Both the position numbers and the translations under genes were made by a program. Below, in pieces: positions 1-13,219 of a DNA stretch of 64,000 nt. This DNA comes from Parasitella parasitica NRRL 2501. Its lineage: Eukaryota; Fungi; Mucoromycota. The notes below the pieces were generated by a model. It was not told the origin of the DNA. It did no database searches and was given only the letters and a program-made list of their open reading frames with translations. Location: NCBI GenBank assembly GCA_025201805.1, contig MU619247.1:294482-358481 (forward strand), read 5' to 3'. Within the stretch, counting starts at the first letter, position 1. The number at the start of each line of letters is the position of its first letter.

Positions 1-183
1 CATCAGGTATTGAAGTGTAAAACTTGCAATATTTACTGGAATCGCGATGCCATGGCCTCGAAGAACATGCTCACCATTGCCACATCAATTTGGTGTGGAA
101 ATGGCCGCCCCCAGGTCTTCAAAAGACATACCGCCACCTCGAATGTGGTTGTTGCTGCTCACTCCGGTGAGTCAGCAACTTAA
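1..183 (+). CDS. C-terminal fragment of a Fanzor (eukaryotic TnpB-like RuvC nuclease), 5' part outside the window
   Basis: Frame 1 reads HQVLKCKTCNIYWNRDAMASKNMLTIATSIWCGNGRPQVFKRHTATSNVVVAAHSGESAT*. This has the second CxxC of the zinc finger, the WNRDxxAxxN RuvC-III motif and the downstream RP motif typical of Fanzor/TnpB. Confidence 0.85.
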   Translation, partial: HQVLKCKTCNIYWNRDAMASKNMLTIATSIWCGNGRPQVFKRHTATSNVVVAAHSGESAT

Positions 184-365
184 AGGTATTGCAGGTAAGA
201 AGCTGTAACAATTCTGATTCTTCTGAAAGATACTAACATTGTCTCCATGTTCATACTCATGTCCCATTTTCATCTTGTTGTCCCATTTTCGTATTCGTGA
301 CCCAACTCAATTTGGAAATGACCAAAATTTATTTTCATTGGCCCAACCTAGTTTCGTCAACTGTA
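184..365 (+). mobile_element. Candidate right end of the Fanzor-bearing DNA transposon (Tc1/mariner-like terminus) and putative omega-RNA region
   Basis: The reverse complement of 340-365 reads TA|CAGTTGACGAAACTAGGTTGGGCC, a Tc1/mariner-style TA|CAGT start. Short internal repeats are present (GTCCCATTTT twice near 261 and 280; CCCAAC at 301 and 342). The matching left end is not in the window. Confidence 0.5.
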
Positions 366-1410
366 CGCATCTTATAATATAGATTACAAGGCTATACAAA
401 CACTTTTTTATATGACCAATTTTCAAATATTCAAAAACACCTTTTTTTGGTAGTTTTTGAATAAAAGCGATTATATTTTGAGCAAATATAATCCCATAAA
501 CTCGATCAAGCAATTCGTCATGCCAGTTCCTACACATCAATATTTTGTTCACAACTGTTTCTTCATTACTTCTGTTGAAAATAAAAATCTTGTCTCGACC
601 ATATGCTGTAAAATCTGCAAAATCTTGTTCTTGCAATATCTCCACAACAAACTTAGATATCAACAATCCAAAAACATAATCAGGTACAGTTATTATACTA
701 GTATTATTCTGTAGTCTTAGTTTCCACCCTAAATCCTTAACTAAAAATCATCCTAAAGGTTGTCCCAAAGTTGAAAATCTTCTTCTGTTCGCTTCGCTTA
801 CTACAGAACTGGCTACGCAGCAGTGATAAAGCCAGATAAGGCAAAGAAAATGTTACCGTCCTGAGGCTTGAACTAAGGCCTCTGTTGTGGATATCAGAAA
901 GCTTTCACAGAAGCGCGCTTCCTTTGATGGTATCATAAAATGACATGTTGGTTATGGAATTATATAATGATCAGTAATTGGAACAGAAGAATAAGAAGAT
1001 CGAGAAGAAGGATTAAAGAGATCTCCTCAACAAAAAGATGCGAAATGCACTATGGATGTTGAATAGTGAGTTGAATTTCTTGGAGACTTCTTTTAGTACT
1101 ATTTCTCTGATGGTAAAAGAAGCAAGAAGACGATATTGTTTATTATAAAGTTTATAAACTTTATGTTGACCTTACGTTACAAAATCGATAAACGCACAGC
1201 TTCATATGAAAACTATCTTGCCCGCGTAAGAGTTCCGCCTGTAACGAATAATCTAATTTGAAGATACCTCGTTGGTAATTAGTAATTATCTTGGTAGTAC
1301 GTTTCTGTTGTGCTCACGTATACAAAGAAGACTCCGGAAGGTATTTAAACTTCAATTTCTGATATTTTCAGGGAGGTCTCATTTTTTATTTCGTGTTTTC
1401 GCTAGAAAAA

Positions 1411-1875
1411 ATGAAGGTCGTTCATATCGGTGAGTCTTTAGAGTGTGGCAACGTACCCTTGCAGGCCAATTTACTGTATATACGTTAGTTATTGTCAAAT
1501 TTAAACCTGAAATCACAGAGGAAGTTAAAAACGCCGCCGTCGAGGACGTTTTAGCTTTAAAGGACACGATTCCTCAAATCACCACTGTCAGTGCAGGCAA
1601 GAATTTTACTGATAGAGGCAAAGGATATGAATACGGTAATAGCGATTTGAATGCGTGTTATACAGAGATTGCGTGCTCATTTTGTGAAATTAGGTTGGGT
1701 TGTTGAATTAGAAAAAAAGGAGGTAAATACATACGACATGCAGGCAGTGCAAGACACGCTAATCGTTCTTTTACAGGATCTTCCTGCTTATGCCAGTCAT
1801 CAATCTCATTTGGACTTCTTAGCCAAATATAAGCCTGCATTTGAGGATGTCCTTGCTTTTGATTACGAATTTTAA
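1411..1875 (+). CDS. Stress-responsive A/B barrel (Dabb) domain protein, 4 exons
   Basis: Spliced product MKVVHIVIVKFKPEITEEVKNAAVEDVLALKDTIPQITTVSAGKNFTDRGKGYEYGWVVELEKKEDLPAYASHQSHLDFLAKYKPAFEDVLAFDYEF; HIV.xKFK start, YxxHxxH and FDYE end; three GT-AG introns. Confidence 0.9.
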
Positions 1876-1936
1876 ATAAAATATATATTTTATACAGTTT
1901 TTGTTTATGGAGGGAATAGGTGGATTATCAAAGCTA

Positions 1937-4900
1937 TTAAGAGGATGTAGTGGTGGGTGCGGGTGAAGGACTAAACATTTTTCTATCGTTGAATATAGTG
2001 CCAAAAGATGAAACAGTAGAAGGCGTAACTGTATTTTTACCATCGAATGCTGCAGGAGAGTCAAGGGGGGTTTTGAGTGTCATTTTCTTACTGAAACGCT
2101 GACCAGTTCTTTCAGTCTCCCAATCTTCCCATTTCTTCATGACGAGACGAGTAGGGTCAAATTTACCATCTGCATCGCCATGCGAATCGCCCTTCTTTTC
2201 ACCTACGACAACACGAGTGGCGCCCCAACTGAAGTCGTCGAAATGCCAGAACGAATACAGAGGTAAAACAAAATTCCAAATGGGTAAAGCGAAGAGATAG
2301 ACTATAATAAGGCGGATGACATGAGAAACAGCGCAACCATGCAAGCATTAGCCTACTTACCAATCATCCACAAAACATAAATAAATTTGAAGGTTGTAAT
2401 TGCAATCAAGACTGCAGGAAGCCCGAGGATAGCAATTAACAATGCAAGAGATTGCCATTGAGGGTCGCTTGATATGGCTGTATTCACAATCAAGTATACA
2501 GTCATAACGATAGCAGCAGGCAACACCAGAGTACCAATTAAATCAATAAACACAGAGAATTGCATTGACAAACATGCAATACCACAGAGATCAGACACCA
2601 GCACAAGCTCCATCAAATTGTGAACCGTTGAATTGATCCAACGACGACGCTGGGAAAGTAACACTTTGAATTCATCAGGAACTACAGTCTTACAGCGTGC
2701 TTGAGGCACAAACATCATTTGACGTCGAGGAAATGTACGCAGCATGAGGGTAGACAAAAATCGATCCTCACCGAGGAGCAAGAGATTCTTTTCGTGCAGT
2801 GTGGTGACCACATTTTGATTGTACTCGAGAATGATATCGGGATTTGCCAAAATGGGGACCCAGGCACCATTCTTTGGCGATTTAATACGATACATACTGA
2901 AACAGCCAGGCAAGCAAGTGACGATACCAAACAATGACTCGAATGCTTTTGCATAATGATGGGAGATATAGTATTCAAAGACCTGGATAGCAGTTACCCC
3001 TTTATATATAAAGATTTAGTATAAGCGACTCCATGTATATAAACATATCCTTGCACCTTACATGATGATCTTTTGTTGGCGATTCTAGTTTCACCGCACA
3101 AGCCCATGATAGTAATATCGTTTGCCATGGCAGCAACCATGTATGTGAGAGCATCAGGCAAAACTTTGGTATCAGCGTCAACCTAGCATAGCATGTCAAT
3201 ACATATTCCATGCAAATGTGCGCCATCCTTTTTTTTTTTTTTTTGTACCATTAAAACCAATTCAAATTTATCAGGTGTAACTCCCTTCATCAGCCATGTC
3301 ATTTTCCAGAAAATTTCATAGTCGAGTTCAGACAGACGGTCGTTGAACAAGACACGCTGAAAGTAACTCATCAAGATGAGCTGAATATACACAATGTCAG
3401 AATGTTTGCTCATGCACGTATCATATAACTCTAACCTGAGAATCACGTTTGCCACGATTACCGGCTTTTGGAAGATTAGCCTCTTCTTCTGTACCACATT
3501 TGACAATGGTGATACAGGGTACACCTTTGTAATGACCAGCATACTAAAAAAAAGTTGACAAAATGAGCGACAATTCCCGGGGTTTCCGCTGACAAGTAAC
3601 TTACCACTTTGGCCATATTCAATTGCTTTTCACCGTCTGCAATGGCAAGATATGATGCTGGCTTAGGGTTTGTCATGGTGGGATCAAGATCCATCATACT
3701 GACAACAATGTCTGGAGTCGATTTAGATTCGCCATGGCCAGTAATCATACCATCAGCAATAACAAAGAAAATCTACGGATCTCTAGTCAATAAACAGTTT
3801 ACTGTTAGAATCTCCTCCAGGAGACTTACTTTGTGCTTTTTTGAAAAGGTCGTTTCGGCCAGACTGTCCATAGTGATGCGAAGGCCCTCTTCACCCTCAG
3901 AATAGCATGTTACCAACATGACAGTGTACAGCTCGGTGGTTACAATATCTGATTGGGCACCAGTCCCCAAGCCAACAGCCGAGCTTTGTTCGCTGAGAGG
4001 GGTATTACGAGACGAGCCCGAACCCAAGGAAGTTGAAGAAGCGTTTTGAACGACGCCATAGTTATTGTATGGACCTGGAATGTGATTTGCAGGATCATCA
4101 TTACCACCTTTAATGGAACGCCAGGCCAACCAATTTGATCTCCCCCCGGGCTTGGTCAATCTGCGACTGATGAACCATTGGAAAAGCAAAGCCATCGAGT
4201 AGCGGATGACAATCATGACGATAATGACTACCAACATCAACGTCATGATCATAGAGTCGGCAATACAGCCACCCGTTTCCGTCTCCATGATACCCACTTT
4301 ATAGCGAGCTGCAAGACATTTGCGAGCATCTTTACCTGCTTGCGAATACAGCAAGGCGTATGACAGATCGTTTGCTAGGTTGTTACGGATAGCGCGATCG
4401 ACTTCTTGACCAAACGGAGGAGTAGGATAATTCATATATTTTGTCAAATTCAGCACTAACATTACACAAGAAAATTAATTGGGGTTGTTTGTTTTTCAGT
4501 CAATTTCCTTTTACCTGAATCGCCAACTAAAGTTAGACTACGACCATATACCAAATTTTTGTTTAGATCCTGCCAGTCAAAGCCAATAACGGCTGAAGAT
4601 TTGTAGTATCTGTGTAATTCAGCAAGCGAAAAACAGGTATTGTCGGGAGCAGCTAAACCGCCGCCATAAGGATTTACAAGAGCACAGTTGGTCATTGCCA
4701 TAGCAGGGAACTTTGTACAAGCGCCCGTAGTATCGCCGTCAAAGATGCTGCTGATGTCTGTGTTTTCATAGTCGTTTGTCAGATTTATGCCCTTGGTTTC
4801 AAAGAAAGACTTCATGACATCCATTGGATAGATTGTGCCAAACACTCGAACGTCGCTGTAGTACACTGGAATACGCGCGCCGTTTGTTACTCTGGAGAAG

Positions 4901-5865
4901 GGAGAGTTGCTGTCGGGCGTAGGACAGAGCGTCTTGTTGAGCCCGTAGGTGATGAACGCAAGAGCGCCGCACAGAATGAAAATGATATAGCACAGCGACA
5001 GTTTTTCTCTCCATGCCTGTTGCACCATGGCGTTTCTTTTCCGAAGACACACACGCAAGAACCAGTTCGGGATGCAGCAGGTCATCAAGAAGGCAAGCCA
5101 TGCCCACCAGCTGGTGAGCACTTTGACCTTTTCCTCTGGCGGAGGAGGCTGTTTTTTGTGCGTTGGCTGTGGTTGTGACATTTGTGGCTGATTTAACAGT
5201 GCTTGTTGTTGTTGTTGTTGTTGTTGTTGCTGCTGCTGCTGCTGCTGGATTTTTTGTTGCTGCAACTGATTTTGCAAGCGATTAGGCATGGGATAGTTGT
5301 TGGGACGAGGTCGCTGCTGCTGTTGCTGTTGTTGAGGATGGCCATACTGTCCATTGTGATATCCTTGCTGTTGCTGTAATCGCTGTTGTTGCGAAGGAGA
5401 TCGAATCATACCTTGACGAGGACGCTGCCTTTCAGGACGAGAAAGCGATCTGGATCTATTCATACTCACTCTGCGGTAAGGGCCTTGACCGCCCATGGGA
5501 CCCGCAGGCACCATCGGCTGATGTTGCGGTCTCATTGGCCTTCCGCCTTGTGTAGGCATACGCTGTGGTGATGGCTGTTGTCGAGAGGATTGATACATGT
5601 GATTGACCGACTGTCTGGGCTGTTGCTGCTGTTGATAGTGTGAAGGAGGACGTCTCTGCGGCTGCTGCTGCTGCTGCTGGTGGTGGGGCGGAGGACGTGG
5701 GCGGTTTAATTGATCCATGCTGTAGGATTGCACTCGTGAGCCTCGTGATTGCTGCTGTTGATGTTGCATTTGGGGAGACATCACTGGAGGCCTCATCGCA
5801 TAAGGCGATTGAGATAATCGAGGATCAGGTCGGTACCCACTGGATCGATTGTTTGGGTTTGACAT
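1937..5865 (-). CDS. chs: Chitin synthase, class IV (Chs3-like, Chitin_synth_2 family), multi-exon, polyQ N-terminus
   Basis: Motifs [38 protein letters not shown] and [12 protein letters not shown]; AWREK transmembrane region; no myosin motor domain. Confidence 0.95.
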
Positions 5866-6148
5866 GATCAGAAATATCAGACGGAGGAAAAATATTTACA
5901 AATTTAAACAATAAAAAAAAGAGAAAAAGAGGAAAAAGAATAAAAAGAAGGGCTCTCCTCTTTTAAGGTGAATGCTGCTATTTTCATCTATTTGGAAGAA
6001 AGAAATCCTGTGTGTGTATATGGGATATGCTGTTCTTCATTGGGTGCAACTTTTTTTTTATTGTGTGTCTGTGGCCCCTGGAAAATATTATATTGTGATT
6101 CAAGTGTCACCAGCAAGCTATTTATATTCTGTGTACATTTTAGGATAT

Positions 6149-8735
6149 TCAAACAAGATGTGCTAGACAAACAAATTTCGTTAGATGTTGGTATGATCTT
6201 TGTCTGCAGCAAAGCAACTTACATTGCGATGGGCCAATCAAGGCAGATGTGTCTTGCACAGTTACTTGATGAAGTCTATTGTTAAATCTATACTGGACTC
6301 GCAGCTTCTTCTTTTCGCCTAGGCATGGATCATAGAATCCCAAAATGTTTGTCTAATATAAAAATAAAAAAAAATAAGCCTTCTAAATTAATGAGAGACC
6401 AGCCCGAACAAAACCTTTGAATGACCGCCTGGGATTGTTAGTCGAGACTCGTTGACAAGCGTCTGAATAACGGTTGTAACGTCGATCACTCCATCAGCAT
6501 CATCACTGTCATTTTCATCATCCAAATTCTCTAAATGGCCGTACCAAGCCTTTACGATAACAAGGCCTATTTTTTTTTTCATAAATATCAGTACATATCC
6601 CTTCAAACCCCTTTTTATTAATGTCGTAAATACCATTAGTCTTTTTCTCCTCTTGTTTCTTCTTTCTATCGGCAATATCCATCATTAGTGTTTGCGCATC
6701 TAAAGCCTCTTGTTTGCGATTTGCAAGATACTCTGAATGCTCTTCTTTCAGTTCATTGATTTTCCTACTTCAAGTCAATATAGAACACACCAGCGATAAC
6801 AATCGTAACTTACTCTCTGATGAGCTTCTTGCGACGGGGTTTTAGCACCAGTTGATCAAGGGCAACCGCAGCTGAAGCTGGAATCACAGCACCAAAGAAC
6901 GCTAATCGAAGATCAAACTCGGATGCCAGAATTATAGGTAATACAACTTTCTGCCCAAGACGAGAAACCCTAAATTATGAAGGGTATCAATATCCGTTCC
7001 CCCCCCCCCTCTCTGTCTCATTTCCCTCCTTTTTATCCCCTTACCTAAATTTAACAATAACACCCAAAGGCAACCCACATTCCATTGACATGCCAACTCG
7101 TACATGTTCCGTCATTTTGTGGTCACTACCGATACTAACAACCACTCCACCTTCTGATGATAAAGTACAAGATGTACGAAGGCGTGCTTGATTGGGTAAT
7201 TTAAAGGTATGCTCACCTGCAATGTGCGACGACATGATCCCAGTCTATTCTTGCCAGCGATTAGCGTCTTCATTTTCTACATCCTGCTACTAAATATACT
7301 TTACCTGTATTTCTCCGCTGTAATTACCGCGTTTGTTCACGCCTGCTATACCAAGCGCCACCGAGGATCTGTCCATCTTTTGGGCCACATCACCACCCCA
7401 GCCAAAAAGAGACCATTCACCAGTTCTATACGTCATGTAGCCTGTAGTAGCAGAGAAAAGTCGGCGTCCCACAGTAGCCGAGAGTACGGGAGGGTCGTAA
7501 ACGGAATTTAATTGAGCGGTAGTATTGACAAAGCTGTAATATGGCCGGGTATATCAGCGATCAATTGGTGCATCTTTTTTTTTTTTTTTTCATTTACCTG
7601 TCTGCAGAAATTGAATAATACGTTTTTAATGAAAGCATTCTTGGCTTTAATAAAGTGGCAGTAATCTAACAGCCTATTTAGTAAATTACCAATACTCATC
7701 TATTGCTCTTACCTCTCCCCATAATTTAGGGGATATTGTATGGCGGATTGTGCCCAGTACATTGCCACCGCCCATGCCAGATCTAGAGACCATCGACCCA
7801 CCTATAACGGCACGAGTTTGGGGTCCAATTTGTGTCTAATAGCCATGTCAGTTGCCAATGCACTCATGCAGAGTGCTGCTTAGATTATATAATATACCTC
7901 GAAAGAATGGCGCATGAATAATTGTTGTGTTTGCGCTTTGGAAAGTGCATGCACAATGGCATTTCTCTTTTTAACAGGCTGGATTTGCTGTCCAAATCCA
8001 GCAAACACAGGTGGCTCGTATGGGTCAAACACTTGTGTTGCGTCTAACGTCAGTTGGAATTCTCCTCTGGATCTCACTAGATTCTCCAAATCTTGCTCTC
8101 TCTTTTGGCGAGCCTTCTTTTCGAATTCATCTCTCAGCTAGGATGCATTAGTCTACCAGAAAAAAACATAATGCCACAACACCATAGATCCCTTACTTCT
8201 TCGGTTGATTTATAGCGAGGTCCAATATCCCAAGATGCATTCAATCCTTCTTCGCCATATGTATCGTAAATGATTCTCTTTTGAGGATCGGATAAGACTA
8301 CATGGAAAATCCACGGTTACCATGCGATGCATGATTACTGCCTGTACCCATACCTTCAAATGCCTTTTGGATTACCTGAAATCTTGATTCTGCCATCTTT
8401 TTCTTGGCCTCGTCCGTATGCTACGTGAAATATGAGTGCACTCGAATTTTCAATTTGACAATTAACGCAAATGTACCTTGTCAGGATGGAAAAAACGACA
8501 TAATTTCTTGTAAGCCTCTTTAATCTCTTCCTCTGTAGCCTACACGATGACACCCATGAGTAACTGAAAACAGCATCAATCAGCCGTTGCAAACTACCTT
8601 TTTCGAGATGTTTAAAACACCATAGAAATCTACGGATGAAGGCGCCAAGTCCTTTTCAAGTTTCTTCAAGTCATCATCGTCTGCTTGATGCTCAGGTGGA
8701 TCATTCATTGTCTGTGTATATTCATAAGGATCCAT
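6149..8735 (-). CDS. DNAJC11: DnaJ subfamily C member 11-like protein (N-terminal J domain, C-terminal DUF3395), multi-exon
   Basis: DFYGVLNISK...HPDK J domain; GLVIVKAWYG, IDVT, GFYDPCLGEKKKLRVQYRF C-terminal signature. Confidence 0.9.
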
Positions 8736-11339
8736 TTTTTTCAACAGTTGCAATTTAAAACAGAAAAAAAGACAAGATACCCTTGTGTGGTGTTTTGTAT
8801 AATAATGCACAGTTGCAGCGAGTGACTCTTTAGCTTCTTTGGGCCGGGTATCTAAAATACGTAGCACTGAGGGCATATCTCGTTGGTCGTCAAGAGGTAA
8901 AACCAGTAGTGTTTTTTCGTATATACTGTACATATTGAAACTGCCAGTTTATAACCTTAATTTCCTCATGATTAAAACATAATAAAGCTTGTCGTTTTCC
9001 TGCGTAATGGTAAAGTTTAAAGCCATCAACGTTACAACACCCCCCCCACCACAAGCCAAGGGCAAAAAAAGTTACAGTATGTGAGTCAAGATCATCGATC
9101 CTCAAGTTGTGATCTCAGGTATTGCGCATTGCGAAAAGATTCTACAAATAAGGATGGCGTTGATGTGATAGCAACTGATATATCATTCAAGATAAAGTTA
9201 ATTTCCAGTAGTGGGGTTTCTTTATGCTTATCACAGTCTCAAGTCATCTGTGCAGCTTATTCCAGAGAGTAATTATGATTGAACTGGCTTCATTTTGCAA
9301 TACAATCCTGCAAGTGAACTAAATGCAATTATATATCACAAGCCAGGCAACCGAATGAAAATGGGCATAATCAACACTATCGACATGTACTTCAGAACCT
9401 GAAACTAAACAATCACTAACGGGCCACAATTAAACATTGTTTGAATTTCATATTGTTTAAATGTTGAGATATATCCGTTAGATATTGGACATCTTAATAA
9501 GCTCAAATATTTAGACAAGTCTATAGAACTGCAGAGGCATTTAAACTAAATTACAAAACCATCAAAGTTTCAAATTATTGTAAGGCTTTAAGTTATACTT
9601 ATCCGTCAAATTATGCATTTACACAATGGCAGTTTATCTTTGAATCCAAATTTAATTATATGTCTGTTCAAAAATCATAGCATATTCAAGCAAATGACAA
9701 TCTCTATTTTTATAACTTCACATTATTATATCTGTTGAGTTAAGTCAGCATATCCAATATCGAAGAAAGAATATGTAGTCGGGACCCGTTATAACGGACG
9801 ACTTGATGTACAAAAATGTGTTTGGTATAGCAAGTTATCCCCTATTCAGAATTTGATACTCTACAGTACAGTGCCTGGAATCTGGAACCTACCAGAAACC
9901 TATTAGGAAGCTTAACTTTCGTTAGCAAAATTACCCTCAACCTCAATCCAAACCTCTATTTTTCTCTCTATCTTGCATGCTTAGCATTAGAATCGCAAAA
10001 AAAGGGACTCCTGAACCGACATTAAGCATTATTATAAGCAACAATAGTAGTAGGGCTTTTCTGTCACTAGTAGTTAGCAACCTATATGACTTATTCACAA
10101 ATAACAAGGGGTTATTACAGCAAAACATTGCCTTCATTAGTTATCCTCTTCTGCTTCCAAACTCAATGAGCTACACCTGTTTGATCATATTACTATGAAG
10201 AAATGTATACCTGTGGCATCAAAAATACTTATTTTATAGAGCTGTGTCATGTACTAGAATGGATATTGACGTGATATCATCTCCAGATAGACATTTTTTA
10301 CAGCTTAAAAGCATGAATTTTTACTGCGTGTGCCATTTTTTGATTGCTTTTTATAAACTAAAATGGCCTAAAAACACCAAAAAAGTATCCATTGGGAAAA
10401 AAACTATATTATATATGATTTTGGTGCAATTTGAGCATAATTTTTTTTTCGATGCAAAATGAAGGATTTTTTCGATTTTTTCCTTGTATCCACACATCTA
10501 AAATCAACGATTATGCATTATCCTCAATTTTGGCTCCAAAAATGCAACTTTTTACTATAGCATATATTAGAGGAAAATGACCGTAAAAGACCATTCCTTG
10601 ATCTGAAAGACTGGAAATGCTCTTTGATTAAGCAAAATTTTGGCTTTTCCCTCTTAATCTGTTTTGAAGTTTTCTCGACATAACTCCTTCCATAAGCATA
10701 CGAGAATTATGAAATAATACCATCGTGTAGAGCGTCCAAAAATACAGCTATTATCATAGATTGATAGCCGAGATATGCATGGTATCGGGGATGATATCTT
10801 GCCTTAAAGAAGTAATTTCGTTTTCTAATTGTACAAATGGAGTTTCTGAAAGAATTTTTTCTTCCTGATTTTGGTCGCGTTTAATCTCCGCTATTAGAGA
10901 AAAAGTTAGTGAATAAAAGTCGCTACCTTCTTCTGTTGTCAACTTAAAAAGTACAAAAGTTTGCTCTAAGCTATGCAATATGTAATCAAAAGATGCTTTA
11001 TAGTCTAATGAATTACTTTGAATTACTTTTTTTTTATATTCGAGACCATTAAATATTGTTTTCTTACAGTTTTTGTCTTTTTTCTGACAAGACACAATAA
11101 AGTTCGCGTAGACAAAAAAAAAAAAAAATCAAGCGCCTGAAATCTACGCTGGCTTTGCAAAGGCACACACTTTTGAACCATTCCACTATTAAATAAAAAT
11201 GGAAGAGATGGCGCATGTTTGACTAGCTGTTCTACTGTGCAACTGAATATAGAGAACCCAACTTGGTACTTGTTTAGCAAGACATTCTACACCAGAAGAC
11301 GTCAAATCAACTGAGGTTATAAGAAAATGCCAGAGAAAA

Positions 11340-11495
11340 GGAAACAAACTGCCACCAGGATAATACACCCATTCATAAAAAATTATCTGTTAGAAATCTA
11401 TGAAATCCCAAGGACATAATGTGTTTATCTTCAACCTTGCTCTCCGTTTCTGAATCCAATTAAAGGTTTTTGGTCCAAAATTAACAGGTACGCTT
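11340..11495 (+). mobile_element. Degenerate Tc1/mariner (DDE_3) transposase fragment
   Basis: DNTPIHK (~11359) followed, after a frameshift, by CVYLQPCSPFLNPIKGFWSKIN, a decayed DNxxIH...YLPPYSPxLNPIExxW motif. Confidence 0.75.
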
Positions 11496-12113
11496 ACACC
11501 GTCAATAGACAACAGTAACCTATTTTAAAGACTATCTTGAACTAAAGATATGAGTTGAATAGTTTATTTCACAGCACATTCTCTTTGTATTTTCGTCGGG
11601 AATAAAACAAAGCAATTACTCTTTTTCTCTAAACATGGAAATCCCCACTTAAAAAATCTTTTTAAGGAAAATTTCTTAGCTTTTATCAAAAATAAAAGGT
11701 TTGTTAACAAAAACCCTGATGAATATTTTCACAATAACCATGACCTTTATCATTTATTTGAACTTTTGTTTCAGAAACTGCAAAATGACAGTGCATCAAC
11801 AATCATTCAACCAAAAATTGTATCACTCAAAACGCAATCTGTTGGCATCAAAACGAGGATTTGATTCAATAATAATTATTTGCATGTTAACAAATAGGTT
11901 GAATAGCTTCAGAAGTATTGGTTGTGCGAATTTTCACACATATTGCTTGCATTGCTTCTCCCACAACAAGAATGTGTAATATAGCGTTATTGCCATGAAA
12001 GAAAATGATTCCCCTTATATCTTTATTGAGTAGCCTGCTTCAGTGAACATGATACTAGCGTCCATCTCTAAGTCGACAACAATTCTAGGTAACAACTTGA
12101 AATAAGGCAACCA

Positions 12114-12167
12114 AAAATGTTGCTGAACCTTGTCATTAACAAAATGTTGCTGAGCCTTGTCATTAAC
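12114..12167. repeat. 27-bp tandem duplication just downstream of the USB1 stop codon
   Basis: AAAATGTTGCTGAACCTTGTCATTAAC followed by AAAATGTTGCTGAGCCTTGTCATTAAC (one mismatch). Confidence 0.9.
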
Positions 12168-12171
12168 ATGT

Positions 12172-13083
12172 TTAATTAAGCGATACAGTCTCTAAGATGT
12201 TACCCATCTTGATATAAACTTTATCGATGTTAAAGACGTCTTTTGCTAATTCTTCTATCATTTCAGGTGGTATATGAATTGATTTAACAGTTGAATCCTT
12301 TAATGACCAAGCAATGCTGGCATGAAATCGAGGCGGATCATAGAATGTCGGTTTGTGATAGTTTTTCATTACTTTATCGATACATGTCATGCATTCAAAT
12401 AGCTACAGAGGGACGAATCAGTTTTATAAGATGAGTTCTCTACACGTCCATGTTTAACTACACGTACTTGGTTATATCCATGTCCTATCTCTAATGTCAA
12501 GAAGGATCGAGTTTTTTCATCATTGGTCAAATGCGCTATTTGAGCAAAAGACAGATCGAATCTACTTGAATTTCGGAGCGAAGCTTTGATGTCTGCCTTG
12601 AATGGGCTTACTTGATATCTTCGTAAATATACAGGTCTGCTTAAGCTAATATGATGCTCTGGAAGCAATTCTGCTTGTTTTAAGTGAGGTAAAAGCTTTT
12701 GTACTTCAACAGATAAATCAACTGGATCAGCGAAAAAAAAAAATTAACCCCCATATTGTGTTGTATAGATCGAGATTCTGACCTTTACAATAAACGTATG
12801 TTGCCCAACTATCGTGTTGATGTGGTACTGTACGAACACGCCCTTGATGATCTTTTTTGCTTTGCTCAGGTTTTGGCTGATCAAAAAAAGAAGGTAATTT
12901 TGGCATTTTCGGCACACTTTTGATATGATTTTGAGTCATCCATAATGTCAGGGGTCTTCAACTCTTATACCTTTTATTGGCATTATCGTTTGATGCTTTT
13001 CTTTTCATGCCAATTTTTTGATCGCGTTGATCCTCAGCATCCACTTCGTCTTCAGAGGAATCGTACTGCACAAGCGAATTCAT
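12172..13083 (-). CDS. USB1: U6 snRNA phosphodiesterase Usb1 (2H phosphoesterase), multi-exon
   Basis: N-terminus MNSLVQYDSSEDE, HQGRVRTVPHQHDSWATYVY, and two HxS motifs (HISLSR, FHASIAW). Confidence 0.9.
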
Positions 13084-13219
13084 TAATTAAAGATAAGATG
13101 TGTTGGAAAGATATAGGTAAAACCATCGACTACACGGCTTGACTGTTGCTTTTTGAACTCAGGGTTGTTATTTATCTCACTGCATCACATTTCTTTCTAA
13201 TAACGTACACAAAAAGGTA

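Noticed and set aside
307-714. Overlapping 119-aa (-) and 85-aa (+) ORFs next to the Fanzor end
   Set aside because: No recognisable motif, and the - ORF runs across the putative element boundary; probably chance or decayed sequence.
851-932. tRNA-like sequence on the - strand (GGAAGCGCG...AGTTCAAGCCTCAGGACGGTA)
   Set aside because: A T-arm-like segment and partial acceptor pairing exist, but the 5' half of the D-arm is missing and no clean anticodon arm forms. At best a tRNA pseudogene or SINE fragment; tRNAscan-SE would decide.
9081-11300. Short ORFs in a 2-kb AT-rich spacer, including 10754-11095 (-)
   Set aside because: No domain signature or consistent exon structure; probably old transposon debris that I cannot classify by eye.
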